A stretch of DNA of 64,000 bases, taken from NCBI GenBank assembly GCA_001949185.1, contig BDGG01000002.1, positions 4,950,448 through 5,014,447 on the forward strand, in the 5' to 3' direction. The notes under the pieces were generated by a model, which searched no databases, was not told the DNA's origin, and saw only the letters and a program-made list of their open reading frames with translations. Below, piece after piece: positions 50,430-64,000 of this stretch; position 1 is the first letter of the stretch, and every line of letters starts with the position of its first letter. The DNA is from Ramazzottius varieornatus. Lineage: Eukaryota; Animalia; Tardigrada. A program made the position numbers and the translations under genes.

Positions 50430-53360
50430 ATGTCTTCTCCCACAGGGAATATCTACGACCGTGATCCAAGCGAGGATGTTATCCAGCAGCTGAAATCCAT
50501 CGCCACGAAGCTGCGAATGGACTCTATCAAGTGCACCAACGCAGCCAAATCGGGGTAAGACCACTGCTAACACGACTGGAATGTTATCATGATTCACGAA
50601 GACCGGGTTGATCCCAGAAGAGCTTGGCCAACCTTTCTCCTCTCTGCAGGCATCCTACTTCGTGTGCATCATGCGCGGACATTTTGGCTGTGCTGTTCTG
50701 GCACACAATGAAGCACAACCCGGAAGATCCTCGAAATCCTAACAACGATCGGTTCATCCTGTCGAAGGTTAGTTAGTTGCTTGATTGCTGCTGTGCCTTG
50801 TTCTTCTTTATCAAAGAGGGTGGCAATGGTTTGCTTCCTGTTTTGTAGGGTCATGCTGCTCCCATCCTCTACTCCGTCCAAGTTGAGCTGGGACATGTCA
50901 AAGAAGAGGAGCTGGAGAACCTGCGCAAGATCGATAGCGACCTCGAAGGACATCCTACTCCGGTAAGCTACCATTTCCGGGTACGCTGTGTGGTTATGAA
51001 AATAATCTCTCGCCTCTTTCTAGCGGCTGGATTTCGTGGATGTGGCAACAGGATCACTGGGTCAAGGCTTGTCATGTGCTGCTGGTATGGCTTATGGAGC
51101 AAAATACATCGATAAGGCCAGGTAAAACAATTTTCTAAGCTTGACTGCATGCAAAAGGAAGTTAGCTTTCAAATATTTTTGGTTCTCCGCAAATATATCC
51201 AAAACCGAAGCCGTGGCCCGTTGTTTGCAGTCTCCGTGTTTTCTGTGTAATGGGGGATGGAGAGTCTGCTGAAGGAAGTGTCTGGGAGGCCATGCATTTT
51301 GCCAGCCATTACAAGCTGAACAACCTCATCGCCTGCATCGATGTGAACCGACTGGGACAGAGTGAACCGACCTCCATCGGGCACGACATGGACACCTACA
51401 AGCGTCGATGCGAAGCTTTCGGGTATGGATATCATGCATGATTTGGTCGCTACTGTTGTGGATCTTAGTCTCCAAGTGCTGCTCTCTTTTTAGGTGGAAG
51501 ACATTCGTGGTTGATGGACACGACGTCAGGTCGTTGGTGCAAGTCTTCTTCGATGCTCGCCAGTCGGAGGACAAGCCCGTCATGATTCTGGCCAAAACCT
51601 TCAAAGGCAAAGGCCTGCCAGGTAAGCCGCGTTACGCTGCAGTGTTTGACTGGCTGATATGAACCTCCCATTTCTGTTTGTGTAGTTATAATAATGATTC
51701 TTTTAGGCATTGAGAACGAGTTGGAATGGCACGGAAAGGCATTGGGCGATAAGGCCGACAAAATCCTGCAAGCCCTGAATGAGACTACCAAAGGAGCCAA
51801 GCCAGTCACCCTTGTTCCCGAGAGACCTGCTAAAGCCGAACTGGAAGTTATCACACCAACAAAGGTCGCACTCAGCGATAAGCCTGAATATGAAATCGGA
51901 AAACTGGTCAGTGAATGAAAAGAGTCCATTCTAACCGTACATTATGCAAGCTCATGATATTACACGATAAGAAACTTAATACTGTTTCCATTGTAGATGG
52001 CGACTCGTCAAGCTTACGGAACTGCCTTGGTCAAACTGGCTACAGTCTACCCTCGCATCATTGCTTTGGACTGTGATGTGAAGAACTCTACATTCTCCGA
52101 GAACCTCAAGAAGGTCTACCCTCAACGCTTCATCGAATGCTTCATCGCAGAACAGAATGCCGTCGGAGTTGCTATCGGTAAGTATAGACATCCTGTGTGC
52201 TTTCCACTCGAGAATTTTGGCCGTATTCTGGCCAACAAACTTTGCCAGATCGTTTTTCAAGTGGCGCACGCTTACAGCCAATATCACTGGAAACCTGCAC
52301 CATGTGGAAAAATGATCAGTTCCAGCTCACGTGCGAATTTTTCCAGTGTTTTCTAGCAGGTGATTTCTTGTGTTATGCAGGTTTGGGCACCCGTCATCGC
52401 TTCATTCCTTTCCTCAGCACCTTTGCGGCCTTCTTCAGCCGTGGCTACGACCAGATTCGCATGGGTGCCATCTCGCAAGCCAACGTCAAGTTCGTGGGAT
52501 CACACGTGGGTGTTTCCATCGGCGAAGATGGCCCTTCACAGATGGCACTAGAAGACATCGCCATGTTCCGAGCCATTCCCAACTGCACAGTCTTTTACCC
52601 CTCAGACGCCGTCTCCACCGAACGCGCCTGCGAGCTGGCTGCCAACGTCGAAGGCATGTGCTTCATCCGCACCGGTCGACCAGCCAACCCAGTCATCTAT
52701 AAGGGCGACGAAACCTTCGAAGTCGGCAAGGCTAAGGCAAGAAACAGTCCCGTGAAACAATTTTACCTTTTTCCTGCCAAAAAATCAACAAGGCCGTGCT
52801 CGGCACCAACTTGACGAGCGTTCTTCTAGGAAAAAGGTACCAAGGAAGCGAAACTCGATGAATAGTTTTCGTTTTGTTTTCCAGGTTATCCGTCAAAGTG
52901 AGACCGACGTGGTGACGGTGATTGGAGGTGGTGTAACTCTCCATGAAGCCATCAAGGCAGCGGAGCAGCTGGCTGGGAAGGGTGTTAACATTCGCGTGGT
53001 TGATCTCTTCACGATCAAGCCCTTGGATGCCGACACCATCGTTAAGCACGCCAAGATGACCAAAGGGAGAGTCGTTACTGTGGAAGACCACTACCCCGAA
53101 GGTATAATAACTTCCCCTGACTATTGCCTTTCTTTCTGAACTTCCGTGACTCACGCTTTGGGAATATCGTAGGTGGTCTCGGTGACGCTGTAGCGTCAGT
53201 TCTGGCTCAGTATCCGGACATTGTGATGAAGAAGCTGGCGGTGAAACAGTTGCCGCGCAGTGGACCTCCGCAAGCCTTGGTGGACATGTACGAGATTGGA
53301 GCCAAGTCTATTGTGGCGGCGGTCGAAGGCGACTGGGCCAACACCATCGGTCAGAAGTAG
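50430..53360 (+). CDS. TKT: Transketolase (animal type)
   Basis: SGHPTSCAS; [16 protein letters not shown]; [10 protein letters not shown]; ThDP motif [13 protein letters not shown]; ECFIAEQN; [19 protein letters not shown]; [13 protein letters not shown]. Confidence 0.97.
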
Positions 53361-53848
53361 GGAAAAGAAGAAAAGCAAGCACGGTGATGTTTCTGCAGTT
53401 GGCCAGTGTGAGAAAGGCCGGTGTGTTTTTATCTATATTTATCCCAGGTTTTCCTTTTCGTTAATATTCATTCTGCTCCTCCATAATGTTTCCACACACA
53501 AATGTTCTTTCGCTGAAGGCGCTTTCCCGTTTCATACACTGTAGCTGAATTTTATCGCAAAAGTTTGTACAAGTGCTACTGTCCCGTCTTCGGTAGTATT
53601 TCTGATGATGGATTTTTCATAGCAAAGTTTTTAAATCTTGGACAAGTTGCCATCATCAGTACATCAAAAAGTGGCGAACGAAGTTCCTGATTCAATCAAG
53701 TCAAAGATCCTTCTTAAGGATCGAAAGTCGAAAACAAACTTTGTGACTCGGTCTCAGCAAGGCGCAAACGTTTCAAAAGACACGGTAACAAACTATTCAG
53801 ACGCACAGGAAAGGCCCAAAAGGAAGCAACATCCTGGTTGGCTTATTT

Positions 53849-54631
53849 TTAGCCAGCGAGTACGCCAGAGAGGATATGCTGTACTGCGGCAGAAGCTATC
53901 ATGTTCACGATGGTGTTTCCTGTACTGTCAGTCGAAGATCCTGTTCCGGTATCGGCGTTCGCAGCACCTCCGCCCAGGATGGCTCCCAAGATCAGGTCGA
54001 GCCATTTATTACCTGTCGCGCCACTGTCTCCAGTAGCAGCCGGGGTTGGAGTGGCGTCTCGTACTGCTGGCTGAGAAGTCTTAGAGTTCGACGATCCACT
54101 TGAGACCCCGTTCGAGACTCCTTCAGTGCCACCATTAGAGCTTCCGCCGGAGCTTCCACTTTGCAGTCCGGTGGTATCACCTGCGTTACTGTTGACACTC
54201 GACACCGGTTCCGGATTGACGTGGGATCCCTGATCCACTGGCCGCGAAGGATTTCTTTTAGGTTGAGGGGTCGTTTCCTCACCGAAAGTCTCAGCTATCA
54301 AATCTCTGAACTGTGACAAGAAACACATATAGTAATTATGTTCAATCATTATTCGAATCGACTGCTTCTCAAATTGTTTCTTCTATGTACTTACAAAGTC
54401 AGATATAGCTCGTTTGGATCGAACAGGTGAAGCTTCCAGTGGGGCGTATAATTTGGAGTCCCGCACGAGAGAGCCAGGCCATGGCGACTCCTGCTTCAGT
54501 GCTACAGGGGAGGCTGAACAGGAACTGATAAACAGGTCCATCATGGCTCCTGTGAGGAGCAAGACGATCCAATAATACCGCAGGATATTTCGTACAGCAG
54601 CAAGGAGGTTTGGGCTTGAGGAAGACATCAT
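53849..54631 (-). CDS. Orphan secreted pre-pro-protein (signal peptide, RSKR furin site, Gly/Ser-rich linker, hydrophobic C-terminal helices)
   Basis: Exon 1 MMSS...YYWIVLLLTGAMMDLFISSCSA..RSKRAISDF|gtaagt; exon 2 after ttgtcacag continues in phase 0 (FRDLIAETF...HILSGVLAG*). Confidence 0.7.
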
Positions 54632-56680
54632 TGGTTCGGTCCGGAGCAGACGTCTTGGTGGGTGGAGAAGCCGGAAGTCCAGGTGTTTCGATTTCGTTGC
54701 AGCAACCACCTGCGTACACTAAAAGCCTGAGAATGCTTACGTTAAGTTGAAATTTGTAAAGGACAAAGTGACGAACAATCATCTTACCGTCTGAGTAATG
54801 CTGCCGATGGTAAACAGCCGTTGTCAAGAAATCTCATCAGCCGCGGTTACTCAACAATGCTGTCAACGCGACAAACAGGTTTTCTTTAAAGGTGCGCTGG
54901 GCCTTGGTGCGCTTCGTCGAAGTGGACGACTAACGATCTCTTTATTGCTTGCTGCCCAGCCATCCTTCACTTGTGGGGACTGATTACTGAACGTACAAAA
55001 TCCGGTTGCTGCTTACCGGCAGCCAGAATGGTCTGTATATTAAGAATCAAGAGTTTCCAAGTAATTGACCATCGTCCGGCACGATGGCCGCCTTTGAAGA
55101 CAATCATGCACTGCGAGCGCGGTGCGGCACTATCAATGCAGTTCATACGGCGGGCTTAAGCTTGTCCTTCAGGTCTTTGCTTTTATCACAGAGCAGAAGG
55201 CGAAATGAATGTTCATAATGAGGGAAGTTGAGCCCAATTACGATAAAGTTCAGCGACAACACTTCGCTTTAATATGGGCTGATTTCAAATGAGCAGGTTC
55301 CCGGAATATAATTGACCATTTCCGGAGGATTCCGGCTTTCAGCTCTTCACACACCGTCTTTGAAAGTCTTTGAGCATTCTAGGTACTGCTGATACTCATC
55401 TGGGTCTCCATTCAAGGCGGATATTTAGCATGCTTCATACATGACAGCAATGACTTAGCGCGAAAACAAGGAGATCCGCCCACGCGGCAAAGTGCTTCAG
55501 CTGCTGGCTGCATAATCGAGACTCGAGGTACCGGAGGATGACGTGTTTTATGGTAGTCTTAATACTCTGAAACATGCATGTCATCAGGCTGAAGCTTTAT
55601 GGATAATTACTTATACTAGGGATGACTTGTGAAATAGGTTGTATACGAAGTGACAGCTGCAGAAATGGTTCCTTAAGCTCGGAAGGCAGTCGTGTATATC
55701 AATCGATCCCACGCTAGCCCGCGCCCAAATGCATGGCAGAATCCGTCGATTGCTATATCGCCCAAGCTGCATAACCTTTTCTGCCGTATGGCATACTCCC
55801 CGCTGATTCTCCAATCCTCCAGCCAGCGACGAGAACGTCAAAGAGCCGTGTTAACGTGAGTTAGCAGTTACACGTTTTGGCACAATGTAATTTGCATCTA
55901 TGGAGTATGTCGATGTTGTGGTATCCATACATGCGGCGTATGTGCATTGGAGGACCCCACAAGCGTGCATTCAGCCAGTGCGCCCGTATTGTTATTGATC
56001 GGCTTGCCTCTGTAAGCTCCCTGTTATTATCTCGTATTTCTTCCCGACACGTTAGCTTTCACCCAGTCCCTGCAAAATAAAATTATGGCCTCGGATGCGC
56101 TTTACAATAACCAGTAGATTGAGGAACCCTGATAGAACCCTGAAGCGACAGTGAGATGCGCTTTGTCGTTTGTCCGGCGATCCGTAATGAGACCTGCCGT
56201 ATTGACAGTATCTCATTCTTTTCTCAAGATGCACGTTCTTTCCTCGTCTTGGGACGCGTCCCGCATATTAATTTACTTTGACATTCTTCGGGCTTGATCT
56301 TGTTGTGGATTCGTGGCCTACTCCATCCACCGGGTTAAAGTTACACTAATCCTCACTACATCAGCCTCATCAACGGTCTCTTCTTCGGCGACAATCGCTG
56401 ACAGACAGCTGGTTCGTTTAAGTGGACAATTTACTTCTTCTTCTTTCATCGAGATCATCCCTCAACATCACACCTCGCATAGCTCATGATGAGCTACTAC
56501 CCTGGAGCTCTGTAACAGTCCAAGGTATCTGCTATGCATTTCCGGGCTATTCAGACTGTTTCATACGATGTATTACATTTGGGCCGCAGTAAACATCCCG
56601 AAGGAATTTTCTGAAAAAGTATGCTTTTAACGCAGCTGTCATCTTCAATTCAGCGCTCTTTATTTGCAGGAACCACACAT

Positions 56681-59442
<2,762 letters not shown>

Positions 59443-60209
59443 CGAGTGGAAGAAATTATATACAGGACTACGAAGAAGTTACGATTCCCCCTACTTCTTA
59501 GTGTTTGAAGTCCAACCGACAGTAATATATTTTCCGACTTCGGTCCCATGATGCATGTACAGCCAAAAAAGCTTGTTCATCGTTAAGACTTTTGAGTTTT
59601 TATAGAGGTATGGTAGTTCTTCGATGCCAGACATTCCCTGTGTTTATATTTTGAATCAATCACAAATCCGATGCTGTGGTTCCTTACGGAACAAGATAAC
59701 TAGCGACTGATTACACATCTGCAGTATATCCAGTATATAACAAGGAAGAACGCCACCCTTACTTCCGGTATCTGGAATTATTAACCTTGAACACTACTAG
59801 AACACCTCATTAATTTTGCAAAAGGCTCGCAAGTCAAGCTGTTGAGACTTGAGCTGTAAAGGAAGGATTAGCGAGGGTGCGTAGAAAATGTTTCGAAACC
59901 TTTGCTTTGATGACGTATAAATGCGGCGCCGGAAGTTCAGTGAAGTCAGCGGAGCTACAATCAATGTGAACCCGGATTAATCGCGACCATTGGGCGTTGG
60001 CTAAGCCCGCCCTTGTGGAATTTACCATACTCAATTTTCGGAATTTAATTTTTGTGACATTGCTGAATGTTGATTGCTCTGTTCCTCCAGCTTCTAGTCC
60101 AAGGATCTTCTCGTCCTCCTTACGAGTTAGCTACCTCCACCTCTTCTTATTTTTGAGCATTTATGTTAGATTAGATTCTCTGCAGGATCTGTGGGCTCTC
60201 GACTTCAGG

Positions 60210-61116
60210 ATGTATACACACACTACGTGTCACTCCACGTATGGTTATCAGGTCGTGACTCCAGTCGTCCAAGTGCAGCGGGTGTATCGAATCATCCCAG
60301 TTTATCAAGACACGTCCAAGACAGATAACGACGTCCGCCAGGTGCACGATGATTTGGAAAAGGTAAAGAAGGATGTGAAAAAGATGAAGTGCGCTAGTCG
60401 TCGTCGCCAGGACTCTACTTCCGGGTCAGACTGACAGCCAAACTTCCGGGTCAGACTCTGACACGATTGCTCCACCTGCAGCCACTCCACAGACTGCTCT
60501 ACATGTTCAGATAACGATAGCCCTCAAGCAAGCAAACGAAAGCCGAAAGCTGGCGGTTCCAAGGCTGGTGGGAAAACTGCTGGAAAGACGACGCACACCA
60601 AGAAACCTGCTATCACAGCGTAGCCTTCCAAGGGAAAAGAAAATAGATCCAAGAAGACGGGCGCCGCCAAGAAAAAGAAGGCTTCAAGCACCGTTGCTAA
60701 AGGTAAGAAACTTTCTTTCATGGATCGGGATAATAAGAGATCGAAAATCGGCGAATGACTTCAGTATAGTCGTTTTCAGCAAGTGGCGTAGACTGCCAGC
60801 CAATAACACAGAAAACGTGCGCCACTTGAGATGGCAGTCATGTTCCGTTAGTTTGTTGACGTCCTAAATAATTTCCGTTTGACACGCATGACATAATCTA
60901 ATTCTGCGTACAATCTAATTCTGCGTATAATCTGACCTCATGGGTCGGTCAAAGTTTATATGTAATAATAATGGCAATGGCATGATGACACTGTTCTCGG
61001 GACATCACAACCAGGAAGTAATGTTGTTTCACCTTGTCATAGGCAAATCCGAATCTGTTAAGGCGGAGAAAGGAATGACCAAGACCAACGTCAAGAAGGA
61101 ATCCAACCTTGACTAG
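60210..61116 (+). other. Lys/Gly/Ala/Ser-rich basic protein locus with in-frame stops (gene, readthrough candidate or pseudogene)
   Basis: One frame runs MYTHT...KKMKC, then two TGAs (removable by a putative 57-nt GT-AG intron 60425-60481), DCSTCS, KRKPKAGGSKAGGKTAGK, TAG 60621-23, then continues KKTGAAKKKKASSTVAK|gtaag and splices to 61043-61116. Confidence 0.5.
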
Positions 61117-62730
61117 TACCCTCCCCACTTTACAGGCAAGAAGATGGAAACTTGCACCAAAAAAACGATTTGCCAGAAGTCAGAACAGTAAATATTGATT
61201 TCTAGCGTCTTGCAACTGTTGCAAACTTTTCTAGTTATCCCCTCGTGGCCCTGAGTTTTTTTTAGGTTTTATTGTACTGGTTTGCGCGGCTCTTGTTTGG
61301 ACCCCGAGATAAAACAATTAATCTTTAGCTTGGCCGGAACATGTCTTAGCGTCTGGAATTTAATTTCGAAAAGCTAGCCGAAGCTCTCGCGCCGGCGTCC
61401 GTGTGTCTTCCTGGTTCGAACCAAATCACAGCCTACTCGATCGTGTCCTTTTACGCTGATCCCGCAGTCTTTCCAAACCAAAAGGGTTTCGCTTACCCTG
61501 ATCTACACCGAAGAAGAAACACTCCCTCTGCTACTCTGGAGCCGCCACCAGTTTCGGTCGCTGACAGAAACCTGCAATCTGGCTACGGTAGTATATCGAG
61601 AAAAATCATGTATTACCTTTCGTATTGACCCTGTCTCTGAGTCTCGATTGTGCCAGTATGGTTTTTTGGCTGCGGTTGATGTTTAAACTGCCTGTAAATT
61701 CGGGATGTTCCCGCAGCACCATTTTTTTGCGAAGCCTCCAAACCGTTTCCTCGTTCCGATAGACATCGATATCCATGAATCTTTCTGCGGGAGTTCTGTT
61801 CTCTGCCATTTTGACACAATCATATCCTGTAAAGTTCCACGTCAAGTCGCAAAGTTGCTGCTGCGGTTTGATTTTGAACTTCCATGGTGAATGCGAGCGA
61901 CGTGGCGGAAGTGGACTGCCAACAGAATTGGCAAACTAAGTCAAGCTACACAAGTTGCCATATTTATTGCTCGTTACAACATTCGAAGTACCGATCCATA
62001 AAATTTTGGCGCGTCGTACTGGACGGATGAAGAGTTCATCGCGTTTCTCATCTATCGAAGAGCCATCAGTTTCATCACCTATAACTTTTGTGGATCATTG
62101 GAAAGATACCTCGAGGGCTTCACAAGCTGCTGCTTACGCACGTCCAGGCAATTTGACATGTCTCAATTGTACGCTATTTCTCGAGTTGGCTGACGGAACG
62201 ACGAAATAATTTATAGAAGGGCGGAAAATGAGCTAACGCAGCAAAGCCACGCAGATTCCATTTGTGACCAGGAGATGGAAACAAATTGAGCATCAGGCAG
62301 AAATTCGTGGTGGAGAAAAGGCAAAATAATGGGCACCCGAGCGCCCGTTAACGCGTAGAGAGCCTCTCCGGGCTTAATTTGCTTCATTTTCGTTCAGGAA
62401 AACTTATCGAATAGTGGCTTCCGGCCATCGTCATTCCAGTTGATAGGACGGGCTGTCGTCCCGGTTGGTGGACCGTTAATTATCCCCACCATACTGGAAA
62501 CAACGGACAGAAGCCTTACAATCACAATTTCCTTTTGTACAGGCCCTCGTACACACGCCCTAACACTTCCATTTCCCGTGGTACGTCAATCGTTTTTCCA
62601 GATAAGAGTTGGATAAGCTGGTCTGAACGTGATCACTTTGCCACTCATTTCACCGAACGATCGGGACGTGTAAAGCTCCTTTAAGACTTAAGTCACTTGA
62701 CATCTCCTGAATTTCATTCTCCGTTTCACA

Positions 62731-63723
62731 ATGTTGCAGCTCGGCTGCGCTCCAGTCCACACTGTGAGCCTGCTGCTTGCTTTGAGTGTGACCTTTACCT
62801 TGTCGATTCAGCCAAGCACTGTTGTTCCTACAGGTAAAAGAAGATTACAGCCCTGACAGACCAATGTATAATTAGGTTTTGTCCAAGAAATCCAGCTTCT
62901 GTAGTGGTTTTCTTTTCCTATAGACTAGCTAGTGGTTCTGACCACTGGGAAGGCCGAGCAGAAGCAAAGAAGCACAAGTTTTGCGAGTAAAAACTTTTGC
63001 TACTCGGATCAAGTTGCGCACTTGTTTTCAGTACAGAGGTTGCGATATCTGAAAGCTCGAACAATCTGATCGTCCATTGGAATCTCGACAGACTTAAGAG
63101 GGCCTCGCTTCGCTCGGCCTGAATATCGTTTCAAATTTTTGAGCCAGACCGAGATACGCATGTTTTGTCTTGCAGAAACCCCGACGCCGGTAGAGGATCA
63201 GCTGCAGCAATACCCTGACGAACAAAGTATATGGAACGAGGAAGTTTCTCTGCGCGGACCCGCTAAGATCACTCGAGATGTACGGGCAAAATACGACCCT
63301 ACTTACCGATGGTTGGGTATCGGTAAACGCGATTCGGATCCACTTCCTCGTCCCGCCAAGTTCGGCCAGTTTAGCTTCGGACTTGGGAAGCGGGACACGA
63401 AGTACAGTCCCAACTACAGATTCATCGGTCTGGGTAAGCGCATGGCTCCGTACTGGCATTCTTCCATGCTGAAGGGTTTCCTGGAGGGTGAGAGCCAGAA
63501 GAGCCGAGTGGCTGGACCATCGGCAGCCGCCATGAGGCCTTGGCATCCCGCTTACTCCGCCATGACCAAGAAGCTCACCAGCGACTACGAAAGCCCGGAC
63601 TTGATCCCAGTGTCCTACGAAGACATGGATACGGCTAACGATGTGCCCAGCGGCTTCGGACGACCCGTAATGCGAGGCGGAAGTACCTTTGAGCCAATCT
63701 ATCGTTATGTTGGACTAGGCTGA
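62731..63723 (+). CDS. Neuropeptide precursor, allatostatin-A/buccalin (GLamide) type
   Basis: Signal-peptide exon 62731-62833 joins exon 63176-63723 in phase 1; amidated peptides ...YRWLGI-GKR, ...QFSFGL-GKR, ...YRFIGL-GKR and terminal ...YRYVGL-G*. Confidence 0.9.
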
Positions 63724-64000
63724 AAATCTCCAATCATACCGGAAGTTAAAGTATCCGTGCTAAGGTAGCCAGCAGTCGCTCTCTTTTCGCAGACCTAAAA
63801 AATTTTCTCGGCATCGGCAGCATTATTCTTACGCTTTTCATACCCAACCCTATTTGATGTATAGACTCATTGCTGGTTGGACTGCGCTCGGCTGTCTGAA
63901 CTAGAACCCAGCTCTTTTCAGTTTCTCGTAATAGATCGGAAAGGCGCGGTCTCGCTCGATAATAGTAGTCCCCACTCCAATGCAGCTCGCTGCGTTCGGT

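Noticed and set aside
45570-53360. Horizontal transfer of a bacterial zwf/tkt operon
   Set aside because: Both genes are animal-type with many spliceosomal introns and are divergent, not co-directional.
60432-60461. Selenocysteine reading of two in-frame TGAs near CxxC motifs
   Set aside because: They sit in a local duplication removable by an intron, a TAG follows downstream, and no SECIS was identified.
60895-60933. 17-bp tandem repeat AATCTAATTCTGCGTA(C/T)
   Set aside because: A simple intronic slippage duplication; not CRISPR-like (no spacers, eukaryotic context).

Overview
Gene-dense, intron-rich animal genomic DNA. Most introns are 50-150 nt, and there are about 19 protein-coding loci in 64 kb. 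The compactness and gene repertoire suggest a small-genome ecdysozoan such as a tardigrade, but the species is an inference. In order: 3' end of an unidentified gene (+); voltage-gated Ca channel alpha-2/delta subunit (+); dynactin p150Glued (+); an unknown Ser/Thr-rich gene (-); a tesmin/LIN54-type CXC gene (-); a polycystin-1-like gene that appears to stop after TM5 (+); Ptf1a/Fer1 bHLH (-); a gustatory-receptor-like gene (-); LRRC47 (+); NUP107 (-); AKTIP/FTS (+); eIF4A3 with an intronless CDS (-); TRMT112 (-); G6PD (-) head-to-head with transketolase (+); an orphan secreted furin-site protein (-); CaMKI with a ~50-aa N-lobe insert (+); a Lys-rich basic protein locus with in-frame stops (+); and an allatostatin-A/buccalin-type neuropeptide precursor (+). 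Non-autonomous DNA transposons (hAT-type with 8-bp TSDs, Tc1/mariner-type with TA TSDs) lie in introns and promoters, and all three assembly gaps fall inside them. Best leads: the G6PD/transketolase divergent pair (<0.9 kb between start codons), the channel-less polycystin-1, the orphan secreted protein, and the mixed-motif AstA precursor. Exon structures were inferred by eye from splice signals and reading frame. No database searches were run.
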